From: Mobula hypostoma
Taxonomy: Eukaryota
Direction: 5' to 3'
Length of the DNA: 64,000 nucleotides
Assembly: GCF_963921235.1 (NCBI RefSeq)
Contig: NC_086097.1
Span: 138,696,001 to 138,760,000 of the forward strand
The notes below the pieces were generated by a model. That model had not been told where the DNA came from. It searched no databases and saw nothing but the letters and a program-made list of their open reading frames with translations. Shown piece after piece: positions 24,571 to 37,340 of the stretch. Numbering within the stretch: the stretch's first letter is position 1; every line of letters begins with the position of its first letter. The position numbers were made by a program, and so were the translations under genes.

Positions 24571-27127
24571 AGAAAGTGTATTTAAAAAAAATACCTTCAG
24601 ACATTAAATGGAATGTGGAAACAGAATCTGGAAAGGTTTAACAGGGCTCACTGAATGTAAAGGTTGCAGCATACAGAATTTGGTGAGATTAAAGGAAATC
24701 TGAAACAGAATGTAGTAATTATGGAAAAAAATGAAGATGCATTGAGAAAGTGAGTTTTAAGTGTGCAAGAAAGAGAATTCAGTAACCTAAAGTAATCCAG
24801 TAAATGGAAGAGTATGAATTTAAAAGGGAGTGGGAAACAAAGCCCTCTAAGGGAGCACTTGAATCAGAGTTTTGAGAGAGGCTGCAAAGTGATTCATCAA
24901 AATGATTCCAGGGAAGAGGGTCTTTAGACTGGAGAAGCTCAAGTTTCATTTCAGAACAGGGGATGTGAGGGAAGATTTTGAAATCAGGAAGGGTACAGGG
25001 TAGATAGAGAGAAACTGTTTTTCTTGGTTGGCAGGTCAGCAAGCGGGAGATGAAGAATGAAGATGATTGGCAAAAGCACCCAGTGACAAAATTTTTCAGA
25101 TAGTGAGCCTTTGGCACCTGGAGAAGCAGTGGAGGCAGATTCAATTGCAGTGTTCAGAAGAGAGCTGTATACGTAAGTGAAAAGAAGAATTTGCAGTGTG
25201 TTGGGACAGGACTATCATGTTTATACAAAGTACTTGTCAATAGTGGGCTGAATGGCCTGGAGTAAATGCTCTGTAATTCTGTGGTAAAATTCAAAGGAGT
25301 TTGCCAGCACCTGGTCCGAAGTAGTTTGAGATTTTTTTTTTTTGCAGAGACCTGAGGTTGTTGCAATCACTGAGTCCTGTTCTAAAACACGAACTGTAAT
25401 CCTAATTCTTTAATCCTAAAATTCCCATTGCTTCTGCGTAACCTTACAAAGCAAAGATATGAACATCCCCAAGTATGTGCTTGGACTAAAGTGAAGAACT
25501 GGAAGGAGAAACAGACTTAAAATACCATTGGGGAAGAATACTATGCTTGCTGTGTTTAATGAGAACATTGCCTGCCAAGCCAGTGAATAAACTGCCTGAA
25601 TTGTGATGGATTTTGAAATAAATCTGGTTCTTAGTAAAACTCAAAAGGTGGAATCTGAAATAATATAAAGAAATATTGGAAATGCTCAGCAGGACAGCAG
25701 AGAGGCCTCAGGCCTGAAATGTTGACTGTTACTCTCCTCAGAGATGCTGCCTGATCCACTGAGTGTTTCCAGCAAAGTCTGCCATCTCACTCCTCAGCAC
25801 TGTCAGATCCTGATGTGGGCAGGAAGAATCGCCCCAGAGTGCCCCTGGAGTAGAGCCAGGGATGATACTGTGAGACTTCTGTTAGAAACCTGCTGGACAG
25901 ACCTTCTGCACTCATCTCCCGTGGAGTTTGTTTGGGGCTGGGGGATAAGATGTGATGTGGAGCAGGGTGGGGCAGAAGGATGTTAGGGGTGCCGAATGCA
26001 GTTTTTTCAGAACGTGAAACATAGAATGCTAAAGCACAACCATGCCCTTTAGCCAACAATGTTGTGTTGACATTTTCACGTACTCCAAGTTCAATCTAAC
26101 CCTACCCTCCCGCACAGCTCTCCATTTCTCTTTAATCCATGTGCCTATCTAAGAGTCTGTTAAGTGTCTCTAATGTATCTGCCTCTACCCTTACCTCTGG
26201 CAGTGTGTTCCATGTACTTACAACACTGTGTGAAATCTTGATCTCTGACATCCCTCCTATACTTTTCCCCAATCACCTCTTGCATCAGCCATTGCCACCC
26301 TGGGAGAAAGGCCTGGTTGTTCACTCAATTTTTGACCCTTATCATCTTATACACCTCTATCAAGTTGCCTCTCAACCTCTGCTCCAAAGGGAAAAATCTA
26401 AACCAGCCTGCTGAACCATTCCTGGTGTCTCTACTCTTTATCCTTTCTAAAGCGTCCACATTGTTCCGAAAATGAGGCTACCAGATCTGAACATGATATT
26501 CCGAGTGTGCTCTAACCAGAGTTTTATAGAGCTGCATCAGTATCTCGTGGCTCTTGGACTCTGTCCCACAACTAATGAAGAACAATACACCATACACCTT
26601 CTTAACCAACCTATCAGCTTACGCAACAACTTTGAGGGATCTGCAGTCGTGGACCCCAAGGCCCATCTGATCCTGCACAGTGCAAGATTAACCCATTAAC
26701 CCTGTACTTGCCTTCAAGTTTGACCTTCCAAGGTGTATCCCTTCATGGGACATAGCCCCAGAAAAGAGAGGCGTTCTTTTAGAATGGTGATACGGAGGAT
26801 TTCTTTCGCCAGAGATTGGGTGAATCTGTGCAATTCGTTGCCACGGGCAGCTGTGGAGGCCAATTCTTTATGTATATTTAAGGCAGGGGTTTATAGATTC
26901 TTGATTGGTCAGGGCATGAAGGGAGCAGGGAGAAGGCTGGAGATTGGTGCTGAGGAAAAAATTGGATCAGCCATGATGAAATGGTGCAGCACACTTGATG
27001 GGCTGAATGGCCCAAATCTGCTCCTATGTCTTATGGTCTTATAGTCTCATGGTCTGTTCTGGTTGGAACACCATCTGCCACTTCTCAGCCCATTTCTGCA
27101 TCCTATCAATGTCCCGTTGTAACCTAT

Positions 27128-29824
27128 TTTAACCCTCAGATTCAGCTAGCGGCTTAATCGAGGGGAAAACAGCCTCTGGCCCGGCCAAACTGGAGAAATC
27201 TCGTTTGGGTGGATGCTGCGCAATGTGTTCCCCTGTTACAAATCAGTATCACGAAATAACATAGAAACATAGAAACATAGAAAATAGGTGCAGGAGTAGG
27301 CCATTCGGCCCTTCGAACCTGCACCGCCATTTATTATGATCATGGCTGATCATCCAACTCAGAACCCCGCCCCAGCCTTCCCTCCATACCCCCTGACCCC
27401 TGTAGCCACAAGGGCCATATCTGACTCCCTCTTAAACATAGCCAATGAACTGGCCTCAACAGTTTGCTGTGGCAGAGAATTGAACAGATTCACCACTCTC
27501 TGTGTGAAGAAGTTTTTCCTAATCTCGGTCCTAAAAGGCTTCCCCTCTATCCTCAAACTGTGACCCCTCGTTCTGGACTTCCCCAACATCGGGAACAATC
27601 TTCCTGCATCTAGCCTGTCCAATCCCTTTAGGATCTTATACGTTTCAATCAGATCCCCCCTCAATCTTCTAAATTCCAACGAGTACAAGCCCAGTTCATC
27701 CAGTCTTTCTTCATATGAAAGTCCTGCCATCCCAGGAATCAATCTGGTGAACCTTCTTTGTACTCCCTCTATGGCAAAGATGTCTTTCCTCAGATTAGGG
27801 GACCAAAACTGCACACAATACTCCAGGTGTGGTCTCACCAAGGCCTTGTACAACGGCAGTAGTACCTCCCTGCTCCTGTACTCGAATCCTCTCGCTATAA
27901 ATGCCAGCATACCATTCGCCTTTTTCACCGCCTGCTGTACCTGCATGCCCACTTTCAATGACTGGTGTATAATGACACCCAGGTCTCGTTGCACCTCCCC
28001 TTTTCCTAATCGGCCACCATTCAGATAATAATCTGTTTTCCTATTTTTGCCACCAAAGTGGATAACTTCACATTTATCCACATTAAATTGCATCTGCCAT
28101 GAGTTTGCCCACTCACCCAACCTATCCAAGTCACCCTGCATCCTCTTAGCATCCTCCTCACTGCTAACACTGCCGCCCAGCTTCGTGTCATCCGCAAACT
28201 TGGAGATGCTGCATTTAATTCCCTCATCCAAGTCATTAATATATATTGTAAACAACTGGGGTCCCAGCACTGAGCCTTGCGGTACCCCACTAGTCACCGC
28301 CTGCCATTCTGAAAAGGTCCCGTTTATTCCCACTCTTTGCTTCCTGTCTGCTAACCAATTCTCCACCCACACCAATACCTTACCCCCAATACTGTGTGCT
28401 TTAAGTTTGCACACTAATCTCCTGTGTGGGACCTTGTCAAAAGCCTTTTGAAAATCCAAATATACCACATCCACTGGTTCTCCCCTATCCACTCTACTAG
28501 TTACATCCTCAAAAAATTCTATGAGATTCGTCAGACATGATTTTCCTTTCACAAATCCATGCTGACTTTGTCCGATCATTTCACCGCTTTCCAAATGTGC
28601 TGTTATCACATCCTTGATAACTGACTCCAGCAGTTTCCCCACCACCGACTTTAGGCTAACCGGTCTATAATTCCCCGGTTTCTCTCTCCCTCCTTTTTTA
28701 AAAATTGGGGTTACATTAGCCACCCTCCAATCCTCAGGAACTAGTCCAGAATCTAACGAGTTTTGAAAAATTATCACTAATGCATCCACTATTTCTTGGG
28801 CTACTTCCTTAAGCACTCTGGGATGCAGACCATCTGGCCCTGGGGATTTATCTGCCTTCAATCCCTTCAATTTACCTAACACCACTTCCCTACTAACATG
28901 TATTTCGCTCAGTTCCTCCATCTCACTGGACCCTCTGTCCCTTACTATTTCTGGAAGATTATTTATGTCCTCCTTAGTGAAGACAGAACCAAAGTAATTA
29001 TTCAATTGGTCTGCCATGTCCTTGCTCCCCATTATCAATTCACCTGTTTCTGTCTGCAGGGGACCTACATTTGTCTTTACCAGTCTTTTCCTTTTTACAT
29101 ATCTATAAAAGCTTTTACAGTCCGTTTTTATGTTCTCTGCCAGTTTTCTCTCATAATCTTTTTTCCCCTTCCTAATTAAGCCCTTTGTCCTCCTCTGCTG
29201 AACTCTGAATTTCTCCCAGTCCTCAGGTGAGCCACTTTCTCTGGCTAATTTGTATGCTACTTCTTTGGAATTGATACTATCCCTAATTTCTCTTGTCAGC
29301 CATGGGTGCACTACCTTCCTTGATTTATTCTTTTGCCAAACTGGGATGAACAATTGTTGTAGTTCATCCATGCAACCTATAAATGCTTGCCATTGCATAT
29401 CCACCGTCAATCCTTTAACAAACAATACACAATATGTGATTAAACCAATGAGCTTTATAATTCTTAATTTGACTATAGGTTAGTAAAGAATCAAAAAAGA
29501 AAAGGGCCCATTCTCATCAAACAGTCTAATGTGCAATGCTGGAGCTCACTGTGTTCCAGTCTGTTCTCCATTGATTTTCCCCTCGGGCGTCGATTCCTGA
29601 CCCCACTCCAAGTCCACTCCATCCTGCAGACAATGGCTTCCCCGTTCTGGCATCTTCTCTTGCCATCTTCCACCGAACAAAAGACCGCAAAACCTTTGCT
29701 CGGGCACATGAGAAAGAAAACATCTCCCCTCGTTGGCCAGCGCACATTCCTAAGTCCCCGTTGTCTCTAGTCATAACCCAAACATTGCTGCTACAGTGAA
29801 ACCTTTACATTACAGCGCGTTACA
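27128..29824. mobile_element. Probable solo LTR (about 540 bp net), split by a young CR1
   Basis: Ends tttaac (one mismatch from tgtaac) and gttaca; flanked by the 4-bp duplication CTAT (27124-27127 and 29825-29828). Confidence 0.65.
27258..29417 (-). mobile_element. Young 5'-truncated CR1 LINE with open RT reading frame
   Basis: ORF 27359-29425 with NYRPVSL, DFQKAFDKV, GVPQGSVLGP and FADD motifs; (ATAGAAAC)n tail; endonuclease domain absent; possible TAACA TSD. Confidence 0.97.
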
Positions 29825-30351
29825 CTATGACAACCTTCTACTCTATTCACAACACCACCGACTTTCATGTCATCTGCAGACTTACTAACCCCCCTTCCAC
29901 TTCCTCCTTTACAAAAATCACCAAGAGCAGGAGTCCCAGAACAGATCCCTGTGCATTTTAATGAAACCTATATTAGCCCAAGTTACACAAACTAGTCAGT
30001 GGAATGTGTTGTCATCTGTGCTTTATTTTAGTGCAGTGGCTAAAAAGTTTTTGCTGCTGTCTTGTTATATGCCATCATTGGTACATAATTGTTCTTCCCA
30101 CCAGTGTCCATCCATTCACTAATGAAGTTCCTGGTGGATTTTCTTTTCCCAACTTGGTCACATGTTTTTTTTCCCACTGAATACAATCCGAGCTTCCTAC
30201 TTTGTACCAGTGGCTCCTTCCAAAGGAAATGCAAAGCGTTTCGGGACACTGAGAAGGTGCAAGGTGTGTGAGAAGTGCAGGACGTTCCGCTTCAGATAAT
30301 GTACTGAATCAGCTCCTGATTTGAGGCAGTGTGCTGTGTCTGCCCAGGACG

Positions 30352-30947
30352 CAGACATTTCACCTCTCCCGGAAGTTCCGGGAGTCTCCCGCATATTGAT
30401 AGTGGCTCCCTGATGCCCACAGATTATATACAATATCATAGAAATCAATTTTTTTGAGAGCGAGCGAGAGAAAGCAAGAGAGAGCGCGAGAGCGACCACG
30501 AGAGAGAGTGCGAGAGCAAGCAAGCGAGTGAGCGAGTGAGAGAGAAAGCAAGTGAGACCGCTTGAGAGCGCATAGGCGGCCACGAGAGTGAGAGAGTGTG
30601 AGCGACAGCGCGCCATGGCAGAGTGTTCCAAAAAAAAACGTACGTCACCCCAGACTACACTAAAGTGTACCCCTGCCTAATAGGGGTCAAAATAATGACA
30701 GTGTTGCTCGCTGCACTGTTTGCAACAGTGACTTTTCTATTGCCTGTGGTGGGTTAAGACTGTAAAAGACATGTTGAGGTGAGTTTAACAGGTGTCATTC
30801 ATTCATTAGCATAGCTAACATTATTTAAACTAGCTGGCCAGCTGCTAAGGAGCTACTCTATTGCAGACATCCCACCTCTCCCGGAAGTCTCCCGCAAATT
30901 GATGGTTCTACCTCCCTGAAATGAGGTTTTGCAGGGTGGGCTGTCTG
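30352..30947. mobile_element. Non-autonomous DNA transposon (MITE)
   Basis: Imperfect TIRs cagacatttcacc / ggtgggctgtctg; 6-bp TSD AGGACG at 30346-30351 and 30948-30953; internal (GA)-rich tract. Confidence 0.8.
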
Positions 30948-31789
30948 AGGACGGGTGTATTGAGTCTGATGTCTCAGCACTGCCTCCTTGATGTACCTGG
31001 CATGCAAAGTTATGACTAGCGAATGGTTTCATGGAGAATTGTCTTCTGAGGTGTGGCTCGTGTTCTGCAATGAGGACTGTACAGAGTAGAAATCGGCGAC
31101 GTCTTCACACCCTCTCCAAACACGGGTGACCTCAAAAGGGTCGTTTCCAGGATTGAAGCAGGGGTGGCACTGGAACTCGAGCAGAGCTTATGGGAGGGGG
31201 GCAGAGGCTAGGTTGGGGGTTCCAGAGGAGGGGATGGCAGAGGGAAAAGTAGGAGAGCTGAGGTGATGGGGTAGAGACTTGCGACAGGTGGAAAGAGACG
31301 ACAGTGGGAACAAATGAAAGGGTAGGGTCAGCTGAGGAGTTGGGATGGGTCACAGGATGGGAAAAGGTGATCAGGTGGGGTCATTCCCCCACCTTTCCAC
31401 TAGCTCACACCCTCTCCGACTGACTACTGTTGCTGTGATAGAAGTTAAGACGAGGGCTTGCCTCCTAAAAAAGGAGTACTTTGCAGAGTTTGGTTTGGAG
31501 CTAACTCCACCCAGACAAGGGGCTGCCAGTGCATAAACCCGGGGAGTCTGAGCCCACCCGTATAGGTGGACAGCCTGTGTTTTATTTTAATGGCGAGTAT
31601 CAGTTATCAGTGGGTTGGTAGGGCATCCATGTAGTGACTGGGTGCTCTGGCGCTGGAGTGCCCTGCATTCCAGGACACATCAGAATGAAGCTTGTCTGGT
31701 CACTGAGCGGACACCAAGAGCAGTGGAGTGGACGGTGGAGAAGGCTAGAGGCCACAGCTGTGTCGAACATGGACCAGCATTGACTTGTA

Positions 31790-31990
31790 TAATGGAAACA
31801 TACCAGACTGCAGATGCTGGAACATGCAGCAAAAACCAAACTGCTTAGTGGGCCGGGCAACACCTGAGGAGGGAAATGGGCAATGAACATCTGGATCAGA
31901 TAAAGGTTCTTGACCAGAAATGTTATCTGTCCATTTCCCTCCACCGATGCAGCCCGACCAGCTGAGTTCTCCATTATTTTGTTCCTTTGC
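31790..31990. mobile_element. Short fold-back Penelope-derived element
   Basis: ggagggaaatgggca is inverted as tgtccatttccctcc around a decayed hammerhead-like core. Confidence 0.6.
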
Positions 31991-33555
31991 TTTTACTTGT
32001 GCACTTAATATTCAACCTACATATTTGCTAACATTAAGTTTTCATCGCAGGTTGAATGGTGCACCACCAATGTTAGGGTCATCTACTAGAGAAGTAAGGG
32101 CCTTGCAGTGACCCTCTCATGCTCACTGATACATAGACTCTTCCTTTACCACTGTCTCTGTGCTGCACGGTGCTCTGTCTTTCAGTCGCTGGACCTCTCT
32201 ATTCTGTTAGCCTTCCCTATTACCTGAGCACTGGTGTGGTATCTTCCTGATTGTGCACTAGAATCCCTAAAGTGCAGCTTTCTGTGACTTCTCCCCAATT
32301 AAGTCATACTCCGTCCTTTCTTTTCCTTTCTCCATTACTTGCCCTTACTCTGTTTCTTTCTTCTACATTAACATCAGCAAAGCAACCCTCCAAACAACTC
32401 AGCATCTCCCCTACCCTTGTGTCTTTTGCCTCCTTCCTCCAAAGATATCAACATCTATTGCAGAAAAGCCGAGGATTCAGATCTAATTTCTGTATAGACC
32501 AATGCTCACAGGTTGCCAGCCTGAAAATGGCCCTCTGTCTCTACTCAAGCCATTCTGTTGCTCAAGCCAAAATATTACCTTCAATGACATGCAGTCCTTT
32601 CCTGGGACTTAACCCTTTGTGAGACACATGGTCTTACATCGTCCAGAAGTCCAAGCATCTGCTGCTTCTCCCCTACCCACTGCGGTCAATATTTTCTCAA
32701 AATACTTTAATAGATTTGTTAGACACAATTTCCATTCATGAAGCCACGCTTACTCCAATGATTAGATTGCTAACAAACACACTGCTATTGCTTCCTTAAT
32801 AATTGGTTCTAACCTTTTCCACAACAAACAATAAACATTAGGCTAATCCGTTCAAAGTTGCATGCTTTTAAAATCACTCTCTTTTCTTTGAATAGAAACA
32901 TCACGCTGGTAGTTTTCTAATCCTCTGGCACTTCACCAGAATCTACAGATTTTTGGGAGATGCACTATCTCAGTAGTCACTTTGTTTAAGATCCTAAGAT
33001 GCAAGCCATCTGGACCAGGGATCTTATCGTCCTTTAGCCCCATTAGTTTGCCTAATACCAATTCTCTAGGGATGGTATTTAATTCCTTCCCAGTGTTAAT
33101 GGGATTGTTTGTTGTATCTTTCACTGTATAAACTAATGCAAGGTATCTCTTTAACTCCTCTAACATTTCCTTATTCCCATTATTTCCCCAGTTTTATTCT
33201 CCATTGCACTGATGTTTACTTGTAAGTCTTCATTCCTCTTTGCATACTTAAACACACTCTTATCATCTGTTATTAAATCCTCGTTCGTTTGCTTCATGGT
33301 TTATTTCACCTCTTTTATTAGCTTTGTTTTCTTCCTCTTTGCTGGATGGTATCATGAATTATCTCCTTAACTGCTGGTCGACTGTCTTTCCTGTTTATCT
33401 AACATCCCAATCCACTTTAGCCAACTCTGTCTGTGCTCATTCTTTTAATTAAATTGAACACCATTGCTCCTCTCAAGCTCCAGTCTCTCTCAAACTGGAT
33501 GAAAAATTTTGTTATACCACAAATACTATTTCATAGAAATAATATTACTCTGGAA

Positions 33556-35462
33556 TCCATATACTACTAAAATCCTCATGCTCTGTTTGTCTGTTTGTGA
33601 CCTCCAATTAACCCAAACGGTGCATTACAGCGGCACTTTTTTTTTGACTAAGGCGACTTAAAATGTGCAAACTTACAGAATGCATGCAAAGTTCAAGGTT
33701 ATATATTAGTATAAACTTGCTCACTCAGCAATCAACAACCCGAGCCGATTCCAGCTTTAGTGGAAACTGCGATGCGACACCACAACACATGGTTGTGGCC
33801 AGCCTCAGCAGCGCCTCACGATGCTCACAGAGCCCATTCCACCTTTCACGGAAACCGTGACGTGACACCATGACGCATGCGTACGGCCAGCCTTAGCAGC
33901 GCCTCACGATGCTCACAGAGCCCATTCCACCTTTCACGGAAACTGTGACGTGACACCATGACGCATGCGTACGGCCAGCCACAGCAGCGCCTCACGATGC
34001 TCACAGACCCCATTCCACCTTTCATGGAAACCGTGACGTGACACCATGACGCATGCGTACGGCCAGCCACAGCAGCGCCTCACGATGCTCACAGAGCCCA
34101 TTCCACCTTTCACGGAAACCGTGACGCGACACCATGACGCATGCGTACAGCCAGCCACAGCAGCGCCTCATGATGCTCACAGAGCCCATTCCACCTTTCA
34201 TGGAAACCGTGACGTGACACCATGACGCATGCGTACGGCCAGCCACAGCAGCGCCTCACGATGCTCACAGACCCCATTCCACCTTTCATGGAAACGATGA
34301 GTGCCCCATGATCAGGAGGGAGAGCTTCAAAGCCATGGACCGGACACTTCGTGATGTATGTGGCGAGAATGAGGCCTTCGGGGGGTATTTTAAACATTTG
34401 CTGTGTTGATTTCCATCAGCTTCCAGCAGTTGTGAAACGTGGAAATAATGCTGATGTGGAGAATTCATGCATAAAAAATCCTACTTATGGAGAAGCTTCA
34501 TCAAGTTTCAATTGAAGAGAAACATGCAATTGAGCGAGGAAGAAGGACGATATTCTGAGTTCTTATTGGATGTTGGAGAAGCCAAGATTGAGAAAAATGA
34601 AAACAATGAAATTGAATTACCTGAAGATATGATTCTGCCAGCAAAAACTATGGAAGAATGCATTGATTTCATCTACCCGACATTTGACAATCCTGCAGAA
34701 CTGTTCTCGAGGAATTCTATCTTGGATCCTCTCAATGAAATGATGCGAAAAATAAATTCACATGCATTAGACGCTTCCTTGGAATCATGAAAGAATACTG
34801 TTCTTTCAATGCCGTAAGTGAAGGAGCTAACGCCACTCATTTTCCAACAGAATTCCTTGATTCAGTCGAACTTTCTGGATTGCCACCACATAAACTGGAA
34901 TTGAAGAGGGGATCTCCCATCATTTCAGTGAGGAACTCGGATTCACCAAGGCTTTGCAATGGAACGCGAATGATGGTGGAAGAACTGCACGGCAATCTTA
35001 TCATAGCAAAGATAAACATTGGTGCGTTCAAAAATGACATTGCCATGATCCCAAGAATGACTCTCAGTTTATCAGAAGGGGAAGATGTCCCTCTTCAGCG
35101 GAGCCAGTTCCTGATACAGTCATGCTTTGCTATGACTATACATAAGGCACAAGGCCAAACCATGGAGAATATTGTTGACCTATCTGGAGAAACCGGTATT
35201 CCAGCATGATCAGCTGTATGTGGTTTTAAGCCGGGGAAAAAGAAATGAAGACATTAGAGTATTCTTGAAGGGTGGCAGATCAACCAGAAATGTTGTCATC
35301 AAAATTGTCCATCGTTAGACGAAGAGGAGCTATATTTGTCTTGCTATGCATCTTCCTTCTTTAATAAGCTGAGTTTTACTTCTTTAATTTCCAAAGCACA
35401 TCACATCAGACTGCACTGCCTTTCTCCCAAAGGGTGCCCCAATGGGTCACCCGGTTGTCTAG
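33556..35462 (+). mobile_element. Non-autonomous Helitron with PIF1-like helicase remnant
   Basis: 5' TC after A (a|tccatatactactaaaa); 3' hairpin gggtgccccaatgggtcaccc (35432-35452) then CTAG|t; no TSD. Frameshifted helicase at about 34296-35318 (DECPM, FGG, DFHQLP, SGLPPHKLELK, LCNGTR, FAMTIHKAQGQT, QLYVVLSR). Confidence 0.93.
33797..34295. repeat. 88-bp tandem repeat (about 5.7 copies) inside the Helitron
   Basis: Near-identical units; repeated ORFs in the track are offset by exactly 88 nt (33846, 33934, 34022, 34110). Confidence 0.95.
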
Positions 35463-35944
35463 TTATTTGTTAAAACTGCCTCATTTATCCGTTACCAGAC
35501 ACAAGGTAGTCTGTTCCATGTGACTCCAGAATGCTCTAGGAAATTGTCGTGAATGCATTCTATGAGTTCATTTTTGCAGCTGCCTTTCCCAACTTCATTA
35601 ACTCAATCTACATGACAATTGAAGTCACTCATCATTACAGCATTGTTCTTTCTAGGCATTCCCATTATTTGCCAGTTTATGTCCCTTCCCACATCATGGG
35701 TATGCACCACTCTTGCCAGTGCCTTCTTTCCCTAGCTGCTTGCCTCTATCCGAATGGACTCAGCATCATTGGAGCTTAGTTCCCCTCTCACAGGCGGACT
35801 TACTTTCATATCATGTTCACAGTGCCACCCTCCACTTCCTTCCTATCCATCCTCCCAGAAGTGAAATATCTCTGAATATTAAGCACACAGCTTGAATCAC
35901 CTTGCAATGGTCCTTCAACCTGTTCACCTCCATCTGTGCAGTTT

Positions 35945-36330
35945 GGAATTGGGATTGGAGCTGTTTAATATGTCACACGCACCAGGGTACAGTGAGAAGC
36001 TTTTGTTCGCAGACAAATCATTCCACATGCACGCAGATCAAGACAGTAAAAAGAAAGCACAATGCAGAATATGGTGTTACAGCTGTAGAGAAAGAGTTGT
36101 GCAAGTGAAGTTCAAGGGCCATGACAAGCTAGATTAAGAGATCAAGCGTTCACTTTCAGTGTATGAGAGATCGTTCAAGGGGATATCTTGGTGGGATAGA
36201 AATTGTCCCTGAGCCTGGTAGTACATACTTTCAAGGATTTATATATTGGGAGAGGAGAGAAGAGGGTTGGAGGAGTCCTCGATTACATTGGCTGCTGTCC
36301 TGAGCTATCAGAAACTACAGGCAGAGGGCC
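35945..36330 (-). mobile_element. Degraded Rex1-like 3' fragment
   Basis: Similar to 10700-10960 and 11890-12300 (gtgggatagaaattgtccctgagcctggt). Confidence 0.5.
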
Positions 36331-36864
36331 TGATTTGAGTCACGTACAGAGCTGTGTTCATTTTGTTCATCTAGAATGATTGCTGTTTTTCATTAGGGTG
36401 CAAAGGCTTCAGGCTTGCTATTTTTACCTTTTATTGTACATGGCCCTATTTGTCTCTCAACACCAACTTCCCTTTCTTTTGGTTTTGTGTTTTATTTGTT
36501 CTTTCATTTCATTCCTGTCCTTGTTCCAGCTCCCTGCCTGGTTTCCCATCCCAGTGCCATTCTAGCTTAAAGCTTCCCCTACAGCAAAAGCCAACACCCC
36601 TATTAGTCTTGATGCACCATGTATGTGAGCTGCTCCACTTGATCCCACCTTTTGCAGAATTGGTTCCAGTGTCCCAGATATCTAAATCCCTCTCTGGTTC
36701 ACCATCTCTTCAGCCATGCACTTACCTGTTCTATTCCCCTGATTCTGTATTCAATAGCACATGGTGCTGGAAGTAATCCTGACAATATTACTTCAGAATT
36801 CCTGCTTTGTTATTTCATAACTCCTTAAATTCATTTTATTCTCATCTCTCTTAAAGAGGATCAA

Positions 36865-37340
36865 AAGAATGATCCTGGGAATGAAAGGGTTAATATATGA
36901 GGAGTGTTTGATGGGTCTGGGCCTGTATCCATTGGAGTTTAGAAAAATGGGGGTGGGGCGGATCTCATTGAAACCTATAGAATATTGAAAAGCTGGCAAA
37001 AAGTGGTGAAGAGGATGTTTCCTATAGTGAGGGAGTCTAGGACCAGAGGGCACAGCATCAGAATAGAGGGACATCCATTTAGAACATAGTTGAGGTAGAA
37101 TTTCTTTAGCCAGAGGGTGGTGAATTTGTGGAATTCATTGCCACAGGTGGCTGTGGAGGCCAAGTAATTGGGTATATTTAAAGTGGAAGTTGATTGCTTC
37201 TTGATTAGTAAGGGTTTCAAAGGTTACAGGGAGAAGGCAGGAGAGTGGAGTTGAGGGGAATAATAAATCAGTCATAATGGAATGGCAGAGCTGGTTTGAT
37301 GGGCCGAATGGCCTAATTTTGCTCCTGTGTCTTATGGTCT
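36865..37340 (+). mobile_element. CR1 3' fragment
   Basis: Matches the end of CR1 ORF2 and the 3' hairpin gggccgaatggcctaa plus tail. Confidence 0.85.

Larger units (their letters stand above)
26015..29955 (-). mobile_element. Old CR1 3' region hosting nested insertions, including a + strand CR1 3' piece at about 26748-27052
   Basis: CR1 tail at about 26015; sequence reads through as gttgtaacctat|gacaaccttc once 27128-29828 is removed. Confidence 0.75.
32690..35720 (-). mobile_element. Old CR1 fragment interrupted by the Helitron
   Basis: Minus ORF LGKLMGLKDDKIPGPDGLHLRIL at 32933-33166; CR1 similarity continues after 35462. Confidence 0.7.

Noticed and set aside
34467..35209. Host PIF1 helicase gene
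   Set aside because: Intronless, frameshifted, lacks motif I and lies inside Helitron termini.
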